A DNA stretch of 64,000 bases from Candidatus Saccharimonadota bacterium (GTDB taxonomy: Bacteria > Patescibacteriota > Saccharimonadia > Saccharimonadales > Saccharimonadaceae), in assembly GCA_017460065.1 (NCBI GenBank), contig JAFUBT010000003.1, positions 7,134 to 71,133 on the forward strand, in the 5' to 3' direction. Positions within the stretch are counted from its first letter, which is position 1; every line of letters begins with the position of its first letter. The notes under the pieces were generated by a model that made no database searches, was not told the origin of the DNA, and was given only the letters and a program-made list of their open reading frames with translations. Both the position numbers and the translations under genes were made by a program. Shown one piece after another: positions 26,803 through 35,881 of the stretch.

Positions 26803-28587
26803 TTATTGTTCGTTTTTGACAGCTCGGTAGCTACCTGCGGCCACCAGCACGCCTAGGGCCGATAGCAACATGCCGTAGCTTTCCGTCGTCAATACGTCAG
26901 CTGTCTTTGGGTTTGAGCCGTCCGCGACAACTTCTTCCGCAGCAGATTCCTCTGTCGGAACAGCCTCGTCATCGCCACCCTTACCCGGCTCTTCCTCTTC
27001 CACTACATAACTCACGAAAGGCTGTTCGAAATCCTCTGCCTCACGTTCGTTGCCTTCCGAGTCAACCGGGTACAAAGTCGCAACTTCATTCGTTGGCACG
27101 CTATATTCGCCCGCCTCCGTAGCCTTATTAACTAACTGCAGTATATAGCTCAGCGACACCCGCTCAAAGTTAGAAATATTCCGCAAAATATTCCAAGTAA
27201 AGCTTTCACCATCGGCGTCATAGTCAATCGTGAATTCGACCACGCCATCCGCGTTCGCAAACTCAATCGTGCTGCCATTGACGGTCTTTGTTAGAGCGGC
27301 CTTCTCTGCGCCGTCCACACCCGTCACGACCAAATTGAAACTGCCCAAATCATACAAATCAAAGTCTTCGCCAATCACGCCGACGACCTTGCTCCCCCTA
27401 CCTAGCAAGTACAAGATATCTTTGCCAACTTTCGCAAAATCCATCGTCTCGCCGTTGTTCATCGCATCAATCAAAGCTACCGTCAAAGGGCTATTTGAAC
27501 CAGATTTGACTGCATAGACATGGTAATTTTCGGCCATCTGGCGCCACTGCTTGAGCGCTTCAAAGATAGCCCGATCCATTGACAAAGCGTGCTCTTTCTC
27601 GCCGTATGGCACATAAACAAAGTCTTCGCTTGGTGCACCGTAGTAGATGTTTGTACCATTAAAAGGGTAGGCATAGCTGTCACCATCGGCCGCAACCCAC
27701 TCTTCTACCTGCGCCATGTAGGCATCCCAGTCGCCACCGGGAATACCGTAGCTACCCTCTTTTACGCCACGTGCAACCGACCAAGACGACGACTCGCCCC
27801 AGTACTGCGCACTGTTTTTATATAACTGGTAATAAATATCCATTACCGTGCCGTCTTCCGACGTCCACAGACGCGTCAAGCCGTCCGTCACTAAAATAAC
27901 GTGTTTGCGCGTATTCGTCACCTCGGCGTCAGCCTGCAACAGCTCTTCAGCCCTCAAGAGGCCGTCCTGGATATTTGTACCACCATACGGCGGATTCTTA
28001 TAGCCTTCTCGAATCAAAGCCTTTATCGCGTCAACATTATCGGCCGACAATTCTACTAGCTCTTGCGTAACTTTTGCATTGCCCTTGAACACAACGATGG
28101 CAATCTTAATTTTCGTACCGTCATCATTCTGCACCTGCGCATACAAATCATCAACCAGTTGTACGGCATCATTAATAGTTGCGCTCTTACAGCTCGAATT
28201 ATCAACCACGAACACAATATCGCTGGCCAAGTTTTCTTCGCTCGACGGCAAAGACAAGGTCACCTCAGTGCGATCATTCTCGTCCAATTCAGTCGCCTCC
28301 TTTGATTTCGAGACGTCCCATTCTTGCGCCGCCGGATCATCGGTGTCCGGCCCCTCGCCTTCATTGCTTGGCTCACTTGTGGTCTGGCCGTCAGCCGTAC
28401 CCCCATCATCCGCGCCGCTAGTCGTTTCGGCATCACCGTTCGTGGCTGGCTGCTCTTCGGCCGTCGGCGTGCTTTCGCTAGCCTCCCCACCGTCTAACGC
28501 GTAGACACTATGCGTCGACATGCCAAAACAGAAGCCAAGCGCCAAAAAACCGGCTAGCACCCACGGAAAAGCCCATGTCTTTTTCAT
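26803..28587 (-). CDS. von Willebrand factor A domain surface adhesin with NPKTA sorting signal
   Basis: Signal peptide MKKTWAFPWVLAGFLALG, acidic linker, VWA core DIVFVVDNSS...ILVTDG. C-terminus NPKTAD (26899-26913) plus a TM helix and RAVKNEQ. Confidence 0.7.
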   Translation of the reverse strand: MKKTWAFPWVLAGFLALGFCFGMSTHSVYALDGGEASESTPTAEEQPATNGDAETTSGADDGGTADGQTTSEPSNEGEGPDTDDPAAQEWDVSKSKEATELDENDRTEVTLSLPSSEENLASDIVFVVDNSSCKSATINDAVQLVDDLYAQVQNDDGTKIKIAIVVFKGNAKVTQELVELSADNVDAIKALIREGYKNPPYGGTNIQDGLLRAEELLQADAEVTNTRKHVILVTDGLTRLWTSEDGTVMDIYYQLYKNSAQYWGESSSWSVARGVKEGSYGIPGGDWDAYMAQVEEWVAADGDSYAYPFNGTNIYYGAPSEDFVYVPYGEKEHALSMDRAIFEALKQWRQMAENYHVYAVKSGSNSPLTVALIDAMNNGETMDFAKVGKDILYLLGRGSKVVGVIGEDFDLYDLGSFNLVVTGVDGAEKAALTKTVNGSTIEFANADGVVEFTIDYDADGESFTWNILRNISNFERVSLSYILQLVNKATEAGEYSVPTNEVATLYPVDSEGNEREAEDFEQPFVSYVVEEEEPGKGGDDEAVPTEESAAEEVVADGSNPKTADVLTTESYGMLLSALGVLVAAGSYRAVKNEQ

Positions 28588-28779
28588 ACTTTCTCCCATT
28601 CCTTATGTTTTCCGACCGCCACAGCCGCATGGCAGCCTTCTACCAGAAACATATACCGCCTACCACTAATTTGCAATCATAAGCATAATATTTTATAATA
28701 TACTTTTTACGCTTAAAATTATTGCTCACCCTCCCCTGCGCCATTACAGTATTATTGTAAAAATCACAACACAAGAAAA

Positions 28780-28803
28780 AATGTTGTATAAAATACAACA
28801 TTT
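28780..28803 (-). terminator. intrinsic terminator after the GT2 gene
   Basis: Perfect palindrome aatgttgta-tttta-tacaacatt, followed on the minus strand by TTTTTT. Confidence 0.65.
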
Positions 28804-28828
28804 ACAGATACCACAACGGACTATCGGA

Positions 28829-30451
28829 CTACTTCTTCACTACCTTCTCGGTTACGTCGAATTTCTCCATGTAGAAGCCCAGCATTAAACGAATTTGCGA
28901 ATACAGCGCACAGAACGACGTGTAGACCACTGCAATAATCGGCGAAATCACCCATTGCAACACCATCAAAATCCGCTTTGAGTCACGGTAACGCTTCGGC
29001 TTTGGTGGCAGCATCTTAATCGACAGACCAATCGACACAAAGAGCAGACACATCGCAAAGGTCTGGATATAGCTCACTACCGTCGGCAAATTATGCGCCA
29101 AAAGATTGCGCGACTCAAAGTTAAAAATCAGCGGGACCCAACCCCCCAGCGCCACAATCGGCGCTGTTGCCGCCAAAGTCACATGCCCATCTAACAGCTT
29201 CACAAAGCGCGGCAACAACTCCGACAACTTCATTTTGCGTTGCTTCGACAACATATAATCCGCCACATAAGCCACATCGCTCGCTCCGTAATCCCAGCGA
29301 CGCAGCTGGATCCACTGCGCTTTCAGCGTCTTCGGCAAAGTATCGCTCAGCACCGCATCCTGGTAAATTGGCGCCCGAATCGGCAATACTTCGTAGTCGC
29401 CATCAAAGTAGAACAGGCTCCGCCAATACTGGTGCCCATCCTCCACGATTGTCCGCACACTCCAGAAATTCATTCCCACCAACGCATCAAGCGGCTGTGA
29501 ATGCGAAGCGAAGTTCCGCAAGTCCATCGGCCGCATTGTACAGACCAAGTTCCAGAATGAATTCGTCGAGGCGACCACGCGCGACACCGCCGGCGCATCC
29601 CAAATATTATTCGTAAACAACGACACTGGCTGGAAAGACATACGTTGGCGCTCTTCGTGCACCACGTACTCATACGCCACCTGGTCAAAATAGCACTTAT
29701 GCGGATGGTTATCGCTATCCAGCGTCGTCACGATAATATTCTCATACGACATCTTGTGTTCATCCGCATAGGCCTGCAGCCGCTTCCCCGCGAAAGTAAT
29801 ATTACCGCCCTTACCGATTACCTCATTCGGCAAACCGTCCGGATGTTTCGACAAAATAAAATCATAGAACTTCCCTGCATAACGTTGCTTGAGCTCTTGC
29901 GCCACCGCCTCGGCCGCCGCCCCACCCCGCTCCTCGTATGCCAGCAAAACAATCATCCGCTCCTTCGGGAAAGTCGAATCGCACACACTATCCAACGTCG
30001 GCACCAACGTATCCAGCCCCTCAGTATACATTGTCACAATCACTGCATGGTACACCGTGCGTGGGTCCAGGTATTTACCGCTCTCGTCAGCCGCCATCAG
30101 GCACAAATTACGTAAATGCTGCTGGTGATCATAGGCCTTACTACGCGAATGCGCCAGACGTTCGTAACTCTCCTTTGGCGTCTCCAAATCCACCATCCGT
30201 TTACGCCAATCAATCGCGCAACCCGCCTGCACCGTTTTATACCCTTGTACCGTTCGGAACATCACGCCAATCGCTTTTACTACACTGCTAATCACAATCA
30301 TCAGCAAGAAAATCGACCCCGCCACCGGCGACCACGCCGACAAAATCACCAGCGTCACCATAATCCCAATACTGACTAGCCCCGGGAAAATCTCAAAAAA
30401 CCGGTAGCGGCGCGTACGTTTCCCCACCGGAATTTCTCGAACTTTGGCCAT
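28829..30451 (-). CDS. processive family-2 glycosyltransferase (cellulose/chitin-synthase-like) with TM domains
   Basis: TTLDSDN and the QLRRWDYG (QxxRW) motif. TM helices at the N- and C-termini. Confidence 0.7.
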   Translation of the reverse strand: MAKVREIPVGKRTRRYRFFEIFPGLVSIGIMVTLVILSAWSPVAGSIFLLMIVISSVVKAIGVMFRTVQGYKTVQAGCAIDWRKRMVDLETPKESYERLAHSRSKAYDHQQHLRNLCLMAADESGKYLDPRTVYHAVIVTMYTEGLDTLVPTLDSVCDSTFPKERMIVLLAYEERGGAAAEAVAQELKQRYAGKFYDFILSKHPDGLPNEVIGKGGNITFAGKRLQAYADEHKMSYENIIVTTLDSDNHPHKCYFDQVAYEYVVHEERQRMSFQPVSLFTNNIWDAPAVSRVVASTNSFWNLVCTMRPMDLRNFASHSQPLDALVGMNFWSVRTIVEDGHQYWRSLFYFDGDYEVLPIRAPIYQDAVLSDTLPKTLKAQWIQLRRWDYGASDVAYVADYMLSKQRKMKLSELLPRFVKLLDGHVTLAATAPIVALGGWVPLIFNFESRNLLAHNLPTVVSYIQTFAMCLLFVSIGLSIKMLPPKPKRYRDSKRILMVLQWVISPIIAVVYTSFCALYSQIRLMLGFYMEKFDVTEKVVKK

Positions 30452-30452
30452 C

Positions 30453-30827
30453 CTATCCCCTTCCGACCAAGCTCAGCAAAACATGTAGCGCGATAATAAT
30501 TACCACACAACTTACCCCCATAAACAATCGCGCAATATCCTTCCCTCGCTTCGTGTGCAAACGCGCGGCGATTAAGATGTGCCCTGCGCCTAGCACAATC
30601 GCCATAATTGTAAAACTCAACAAATACCACCAACTCTGGCTATCGTCGTAGCTACTAAAGACGTCCGAGTATCGCCAATACAGCCGGCTATTCGGGTCTA
30701 ATCGGAATAACGACTCCAAAAACAACCAAATACTTAAGGCAAAATCCACCAACATCCATGCGATAAGTCCGCGATCCCTCTTAAAGATAGCTTCAAAATC
30801 AGCTGCTAACTGTTTCATACTAGCCAT
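30453..30827 (-). CDS. small 4-TM membrane protein, translationally adjacent to the GT2 gene
   Basis: 124-aa hydrophobic ORF. Its stop lies 1 nt from the GT2 start. Confidence 0.5.
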   Translation of the reverse strand: MASMKQLAADFEAIFKRDRGLIAWMLVDFALSIWLFLESLFRLDPNSRLYWRYSDVFSSYDDSQSWWYLLSFTIMAIVLGAGHILIAARLHTKRGKDIARLFMGVSCVVIIIALHVLLSLVGRG

Positions 30828-30948
30828 ATTTTACCATGTTTTACCTTTGCGCAACAATCACCAGCGCCACCAGAGATAAATGTAGTAATTTTTACATTTT
30901 CATGTCATTTTGCTTGCTTTTTGTTTTAGACCAGCCTAAAATTGAAAA

Positions 30949-30963
30949 TGAAAATCATTTTCA
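30949..30963 (+). promoter_or_regulatory. Zur-box-like operator
   Basis: Perfect 7-1-7 palindrome TGAAAATCATTTTCA about 70 nt upstream of zur, with an extra TGAAAAT half-site at 30943-30949. Confidence 0.6.
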
Positions 30964-31033
30964 TATGATTTCACTTTAATAAATTTTACTTCATATAAAT
31001 CAACAAACCCTTGGCTAGGGAGAGGCAAAATAT

Positions 31034-31453
31034 ATGACGGAAGGTCGCAAAAAATACAATACAATGTCCAATCAAATCATATTTAACACTATCAAGGAAT
31101 TCCAAACCGATTTTACGGTGAAGGAATTGCTGCGTAAGCTCGAAGACGAAGGTCACGACATGGGCATCGCCACAGTTTATCGCCATCTCGACGAGATGGA
31201 ATCAACTGGTATGCTCCGCCGCGCCTATCTCAATGGGCGCAACGTTGCCAGCTATTGGTACACCGAGCCCTGCGACGGCGAAAGCCACTTCAATTTGCGC
31301 TGTATGCAATGTGAGCGTGTTTTCCATGTTGATTGTGAATATATTCGTAAATTTGTTAATCATGTCCGCGAAGAACACGGTTTTGTCGTGCTCACTAATC
31401 GCGCCTTAATTCGGGGCGTTTGCGCCGATTGTCGCAAAAAGGAGACCGCCTAG
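31034..31453 (+). CDS. zur: Fur-family metalloregulator (likely Zur)
   Basis: DNA-binding helix GIATVYRHLDEM. CxxC pairs (RCMQCERVFHVDC, CADCRKK). First gene of the znu operon. Confidence 0.75.
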   Translation: MTEGRKKYNTMSNQIIFNTIKEFQTDFTVKELLRKLEDEGHDMGIATVYRHLDEMESTGMLRRAYLNGRNVASYWYTEPCDGESHFNLRCMQCERVFHVDCEYIRKFVNHVREEHGFVVLTNRALIRGVCADCRKKETA

Positions 31454-31455
31454 CC

Positions 31456-32481
31456 ATGGCTACTTCGCATAAAAAAATCACTCGCATCATCGTTGCCTTA
31501 GTGCTCCTCTTGGCGGTTGCCGGAGGTCTAGCATATTTCGCAAAGAAGCATCAGAGTGATTCAACAACTTCCGAGGTCAAAATCGTCTCGACTGTCTTTC
31601 CCGGCTACGATTTTGCCCGCTCCGTCGTTGGCGACAACGCCAACCTTACTCTTCTCGTCCATCCAGGCTCCGAAACCCATTCCTACGAGCCTAGCCCTCA
31701 AGACATCGTCGCCGTCCAACAATGCGACCTTTTTATTTATGTTGGCGGCGAATCGGAGTCCTGGGTGGATAAGGTTATTATAAACCTTGACACTACAAAA
31801 ACCAAAGTGGTCCGCATGATGGACTACGTCGATGTTGTCGAAGAAGAAATCGTCGACGGCATGGAATCCGACGAACACACCGATGCAATTGACTACGAAC
31901 ATGACCATGACGATCACGACCGCAATCATCATCACGATGACGAAGAAGCCGTCGAATACGACGAGCACGTTTGGACTAGCCCCAAAAACGCCATCAAACT
32001 CGTGCAGGCCATTCGCGACCAGCTCGTCGTACTCAACGCCGCCAAGGCCGACCAATATCGCAGCAACGCGGCCAACTACATCGCATCGCTCGAACATCTT
32101 GACCAAGATATCCGTACGCATGTGGCTCAAGCCAAGCGCAAAGAACTCATTTTCGGCGACCGCTTCCCTCTTCGCTATTTCGTCGAAGAATACGACCTCG
32201 ACTACTACGCGGCCTTCCCCGGCTGTTCTAGTCAGACCGAAGCTTCTGCCGCTACAATTGCTTTTCTCACTCAGAAAATCAAGCAAGACAACATCCTTTA
32301 TATTTTCAAGATAGAATTATCCAACAACCGGATTGCCGAAACCCTTGCCGCCGAGACTGGCGCCGAGGTGCTCGAATTCCATTCCTTGCACAATCTCAGC
32401 AAAGAAGACTTCGACGCAGGCAAAACCTACCTTGAAATCATGCGCCAAAACCTAGATAATCTAGACAAAGCCCTTAATTAA
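31456..32481 (+). CDS. znuA: zinc ABC transporter substrate-binding protein with His/Asp-rich loop
   Basis: Signal anchor followed by HPGSETHSYEPSPQD, then loop DEHTDAIDYEHDHDDHDRNHHHDDE and DEHVWTSP. Confidence 0.8.
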   Translation: MATSHKKITRIIVALVLLLAVAGGLAYFAKKHQSDSTTSEVKIVSTVFPGYDFARSVVGDNANLTLLVHPGSETHSYEPSPQDIVAVQQCDLFIYVGGESESWVDKVIINLDTTKTKVVRMMDYVDVVEEEIVDGMESDEHTDAIDYEHDHDDHDRNHHHDDEEAVEYDEHVWTSPKNAIKLVQAIRDQLVVLNAAKADQYRSNAANYIASLEHLDQDIRTHVAQAKRKELIFGDRFPLRYFVEEYDLDYYAAFPGCSSQTEASAATIAFLTQKIKQDNILYIFKIELSNNRIAETLAAETGAEVLEFHSLHNLSKEDFDAGKTYLEIMRQNLDNLDKALN

Positions 32482-32498
32482 TTCATCAGTTTTTATTT

Positions 32499-33200
32499 AT
32501 GTCTTTAATTAAAGTTCAAAAGCTTAGTCTTGGCTATGGCAATCATACTGTCGTCAAAGACCTCAGCTTCACCGTTGATAGTGAAGACTTCATCTGCATT
32601 GTCGGCGCCAATGGCTCGGGTAAGTCTACTCTCGCCAAAGGCATCCTCGGCTTACTCAAGCCGCAATCTGGTAAGGTTATTTTTGATAATCTCAAAGCCA
32701 CCGCCATCGGCTACATGCCCCAAGAGCACAAAATCATCCCCAACTTCCCCGCCTCCGTTCTCGAAATCACCCTCTCTGGCTTTCTTAACCAGCTCCATTT
32801 CCGCCCCTACTACACTGCCAAGCAAAAGGCCCGCGCAAAGCATAACCTCGCCCTATTGCACATCGAAGACCTCGCCAACGAAAACTTTAGTGACCTCTCG
32901 GGCGGCCAACGCCAAAAAGTCCTTCTCGCTCGCGCCCTTTGCGCCACCACCAAATTATTAATTCTCGACGAACCCAGCAATAACCTTGACCATCAGTCCA
33001 AACAAGAATTATACGAACTGGCGCTACGCCTCAACCGTCAGCACCACATCGCTGTCCTGATGATTACCCACGACCTCGACCATCATAACCTCATTGGCGA
33101 TAAAATCCTCGCCCTCAGCAACGGCCAAAAGTATTTCTTTGGTCCTACCGCCGCATACGTCAAAAAAATTCACAGCGATACGGAGCACCACCATGCTTAG
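32499..33200 (+). CDS. znuC: zinc/manganese ABC transporter ATP-binding protein
   Basis: GANGSGKSTL, LSGGQRQKVLLARAL, LLILDEP. Confidence 0.85.
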   Translation: MSLIKVQKLSLGYGNHTVVKDLSFTVDSEDFICIVGANGSGKSTLAKGILGLLKPQSGKVIFDNLKATAIGYMPQEHKIIPNFPASVLEITLSGFLNQLHFRPYYTAKQKARAKHNLALLHIEDLANENFSDLSGGQRQKVLLARALCATTKLLILDEPSNNLDHQSKQELYELALRLNRQHHIAVLMITHDLDHHNLIGDKILALSNGQKYFFGPTAAYVKKIHSDTEHHHA

Positions 33201-34005
33201 CCTACTAACCGAAATGCTTAGCTACACCTTTATCCAACGTGCACTCGTTGTCGGCATTATTGTTTCTATCTGCGCCGCCCTCATGGGCGTCATCATGGTG
33301 CTCCGACGTAGCTCCATGATTGGCGACGGTCTCTCTCACGTGGCCTTCGGCGCCTTCGCCGTCGCTACCGTACTCGGTCTTACGCCCATCTATTTTGCCA
33401 TCCCGGTCTCCATTCTCACTTCATTCTTCATCCTCCGCCTTAGCCAAAACAGCAAAATCCACGGCGATTCCGCCATCGCCCTCTTCTCGGCTTCTGCTCT
33501 CGCTATCGGCATCATGGCCATCTCCGTCACCAAGGGCGTCAACGTCGACATCAATGCCTACCTTTTTGGCAGCATCCTCTCCATCAATCCGCGCGACCTC
33601 ATCATCAGCGTTATCCTTGGCCTTGCCGTACTCGCCTTTTTCCTCATCTTCTATCACCACATCTTCGCTATCACCTTTGACGAAAGCTTTGCTAAATCCA
33701 TCGGCCTCAAAGTCGACCTATATCGCGGCATCCTTGCCGTCATGTGCTCCATCATTGTCGTACTCGGCATGAAGCTACTCGGCTCCCTCCTCATCTCCAG
33801 CCTCATCATTTTCCCCTGCCTTACCAGCATGCAACTCTTCAAAAACTTCCGCCAAGTCGTCATCGCCTCGGCCACCGTCTCCGTTCTCTGCTTCATCCTT
33901 GGCCTAGTCGCCTCCTACGTCTTTAGCACCCCCACTGGCGCCACCATCGTCATCGCCAACCTTGGCGCCTTTCTCGCCTGCTGGCTCCTCGCCAAAATCA
34001 AATAA
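33193..34005 (+). CDS. znuB: zinc/manganese ABC transporter permease
   Basis: Start at MLSLLTEMLSYTFIQRAL (ATG at 33193, overlapping the znuC stop). Eight or so TM helices. Confidence 0.8.
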   Translation: MLSLLTEMLSYTFIQRALVVGIIVSICAALMGVIMVLRRSSMIGDGLSHVAFGAFAVATVLGLTPIYFAIPVSILTSFFILRLSQNSKIHGDSAIALFSASALAIGIMAISVTKGVNVDINAYLFGSILSINPRDLIISVILGLAVLAFFLIFYHHIFAITFDESFAKSIGLKVDLYRGILAVMCSIIVVLGMKLLGSLLISSLIIFPCLTSMQLFKNFRQVVIASATVSVLCFILGLVASYVFSTPTGATIVIANLGAFLACWLLAKIK

Positions 34006-34019
34006 CCCCACCAGATTTC

Positions 34020-34162
34020 GTAGATAGAATCGTTCAGGTTGGTGTTTTCTTGATGTCTTGCTATGTTTTTGTAGATAAAATCGTCCAGATTGGTAGTTTC
34101 TTCTTCTGAAGCGCGTCTTCTAGACGAGCGAAGAAGAAAAACTGCCTATATGGGCGATTTTA
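34020..34162. repeat. long imperfect palindrome with a duplicated left arm
   Basis: gtagatagaatcgttcaggttggtgttttctt (34020) is repeated as gtagataaaatcgtccagattggtagtttcttcttc (34071). The complementary arm gaagaagaaaaactgcctatatgggcgatttta lies at 34130-34162. Confidence 0.5.
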
Positions 34163-34171
34163 GCACAAAAA

Positions 34172-34247
34172 TGGAGCCGCTGGCAGGGGTCGAACCTGTG
34201 ACCTGCTCGTTACGAATGAGCTGCTCTACCAACTGAGCTACAGCGGC
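34172..34247 (-). tRNA. tRNA-Thr(CGT), CCA encoded
   Basis: Minus strand GCCGCTGTAGCTCAGTTGGTAGAGCAGCTCATTCGTAACGAGCAGGTCACAGGTTCGACCCCTGCCAGCGGCTCCA. Confidence 0.85.
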
Positions 34248-34319
34248 ACCTAAGAGTATTATACCACAGACCAAGAAAAAACCGGCGGCCTCTGCCTCCG
34301 GCTTTTACAATTCTCATAC

Positions 34320-35210
34320 CTAATACATCAATGTTTTTAATGGCCCACTTACGCGATAAATTCTAAAGTCATCTGTGCCATTAAACAGCAAGTAGCATTC
34401 ACCATCCGCAAAATCCAAGCTTTCCAGCTCTTGACGCGGCTCACGCACGGCGAAAGCCTCCACTTCGCCCGTCCAGCCGTCAACTCGGTAAATCACGTTG
34501 CGGTTTAATTGTAGCCCCATCCGACGTAGCCAAGAAATATTATTTATAGCGCCCCAATCCGCTAAGTAAATATAGCCGCCATGATATGCGATATCTTGCA
34601 CAGCGAGACCCGAGCTAAAACTATATCGTTCACCGGTTGGGCGCAACTTGGCGTCCAGTTTACGGATAGTGCTACCAGTACGTACATAGTACTCGCCACT
34701 GCCAGCATAAGCAATGCCACTCGCCGCCCCAGCTAAAGTTTCCGACGATATCACGGAAAAATCATCTGGCCGAATCCGCACAGCCGTATCACAATGAGCG
34801 TCCGTCGTACTCCGTACGCCGACCACTACTAGCTCGGCGCGCTTCGGGTCATAGGTCATCCCGTTAGCATGCCCCAGATCATAGGTCATCTGCGCATGCT
34901 CCAGCTGCGCGGTAATGTCACTCATCGTTTCCCGGTCAATCACCGTCAGCCGGTTTTGGTTTTCACCACCGTTCGCTGCTTCGTCTGGCGGCCGCGATGT
35001 CACCACGAAATATTCCGGCGTAATCGCCAGAGCCTGCACTGACCCCATGCCTGGCGGCTTCGCAGCCACATAAACTTGCTCCAACTCTAGTTCCTGTATC
35101 TCGCTAAACTGCGCCAGAGCCTCGCCATAATCCGTCAAAGCGCCCGTTACGCCGAGCACCGTTAGCAGTATTGCGATAGCCAACAAAGTCCAAGCTACTA
35201 CTTTCTTCAT
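34320..35210 (-). CDS. hypothetical secreted protein
   Basis: Signal peptide MKKVVAWTLLAIAILLTVLG. 296 aa with no motif recognised. Confidence 0.5.
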   Translation of the reverse strand: MKKVVAWTLLAIAILLTVLGVTGALTDYGEALAQFSEIQELELEQVYVAAKPPGMGSVQALAITPEYFVVTSRPPDEAANGGENQNRLTVIDRETMSDITAQLEHAQMTYDLGHANGMTYDPKRAELVVVGVRSTTDAHCDTAVRIRPDDFSVISSETLAGAASGIAYAGSGEYYVRTGSTIRKLDAKLRPTGERYSFSSGLAVQDIAYHGGYIYLADWGAINNISWLRRMGLQLNRNVIYRVDGWTGEVEAFAVREPRQELESLDFADGECYLLFNGTDDFRIYRVSGPLKTLMY

Positions 35211-35344
35211 TCATGTCACCCCCGTCTAAAATATGAGAATTTTTAAGGTACCCAATTATATTAAAATAAAAACGCCACTCTGTCAAAAAACATGCCGTTG
35301 CCTCTTGCGCCCCCAGGGCCATCCATGGTATACTTAACCCACTA

Positions 35345-35421
35345 GGGCTCGTGGTATAGTGGTCTAGTACGCCTCCCTGTCACGGAGGAGATCGCCAGTT
35401 CGACTCTGGTCGGGCCCGCCA
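35345..35421 (+). tRNA. tRNA-Asp(GTC), CCA encoded
   Basis: Anticodon loop CTGTCAC, T-arm GCCAGTTCGACTCTGGT. TGg TATACT promoter at 35326-35334. Confidence 0.9.
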
Positions 35422-35436
35422 AACCTAGTATCCAAA

Positions 35437-35462
35437 ACACCTCCATTACGGAGGTGTTTTTT
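35437..35462 (+). terminator. intrinsic terminator after tRNA-Asp
   Basis: acacctcc/ggaggtgt stem followed by TTTTTT. Confidence 0.7.
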
Positions 35463-35755
35463 GCATACTCCCTACGCCGCACTTTAATACATAATACGGT
35501 CATGGTTTTGGCAAGAAACCAACTATGCCGTACGCCAAATATACGGCTATTGTTAAAGAATTTTGAATTATTTTTTACAACAAAACAGAGGTAGAATTTT
35601 TACCTATAGAGGTCTATTGTTAAAGATTTTTTAATAATAGGGCTAGTCTCAAAAAATACCTCTCATACCCATATCTCCATGAAAAAGCAAAAGGGCAAAA
35701 ATCCATCAAAGATTGCAAAAGCCACAAAAAGAGCCAAAATCGGCTCAAATACTGG

Positions 35756-35830
35756 TGGTGCGGGTAGAGGGAGTCGGACCCTCGTCTCTTGCTTGGGAAG
35801 CAAACATAATAGCCGTTATACGATACCCGC
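35756..35830 (-). tRNA. tRNA-Gly(CCC), CCA encoded
   Basis: Minus strand GCGGGTATCGTATAACGGCTATTATGTTTGCTTCCCAAGCAAGAGACGAGGGTCCGACTCCCTCTACCCGCACCA. Confidence 0.85.
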
Positions 35831-35881
35831 AACATTTCCATTATACCACCCCAAGACGCTTATGCTAAAATTAGAGTAATT

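Noticed and set aside
31561-32286. 241-aa minus-strand ORF opposite znuA.
   Set aside because: It is antisense to a clear ZnuA with a His-rich loop, and it has no RBS.
35679-35879. 66-aa Lys-rich ORF (MKKQKGKNPSKIAKATKRAK...).
   Set aside because: It has no RBS, and its 3' half is antisense to tRNA-Gly(CCC) and that gene's terminator.
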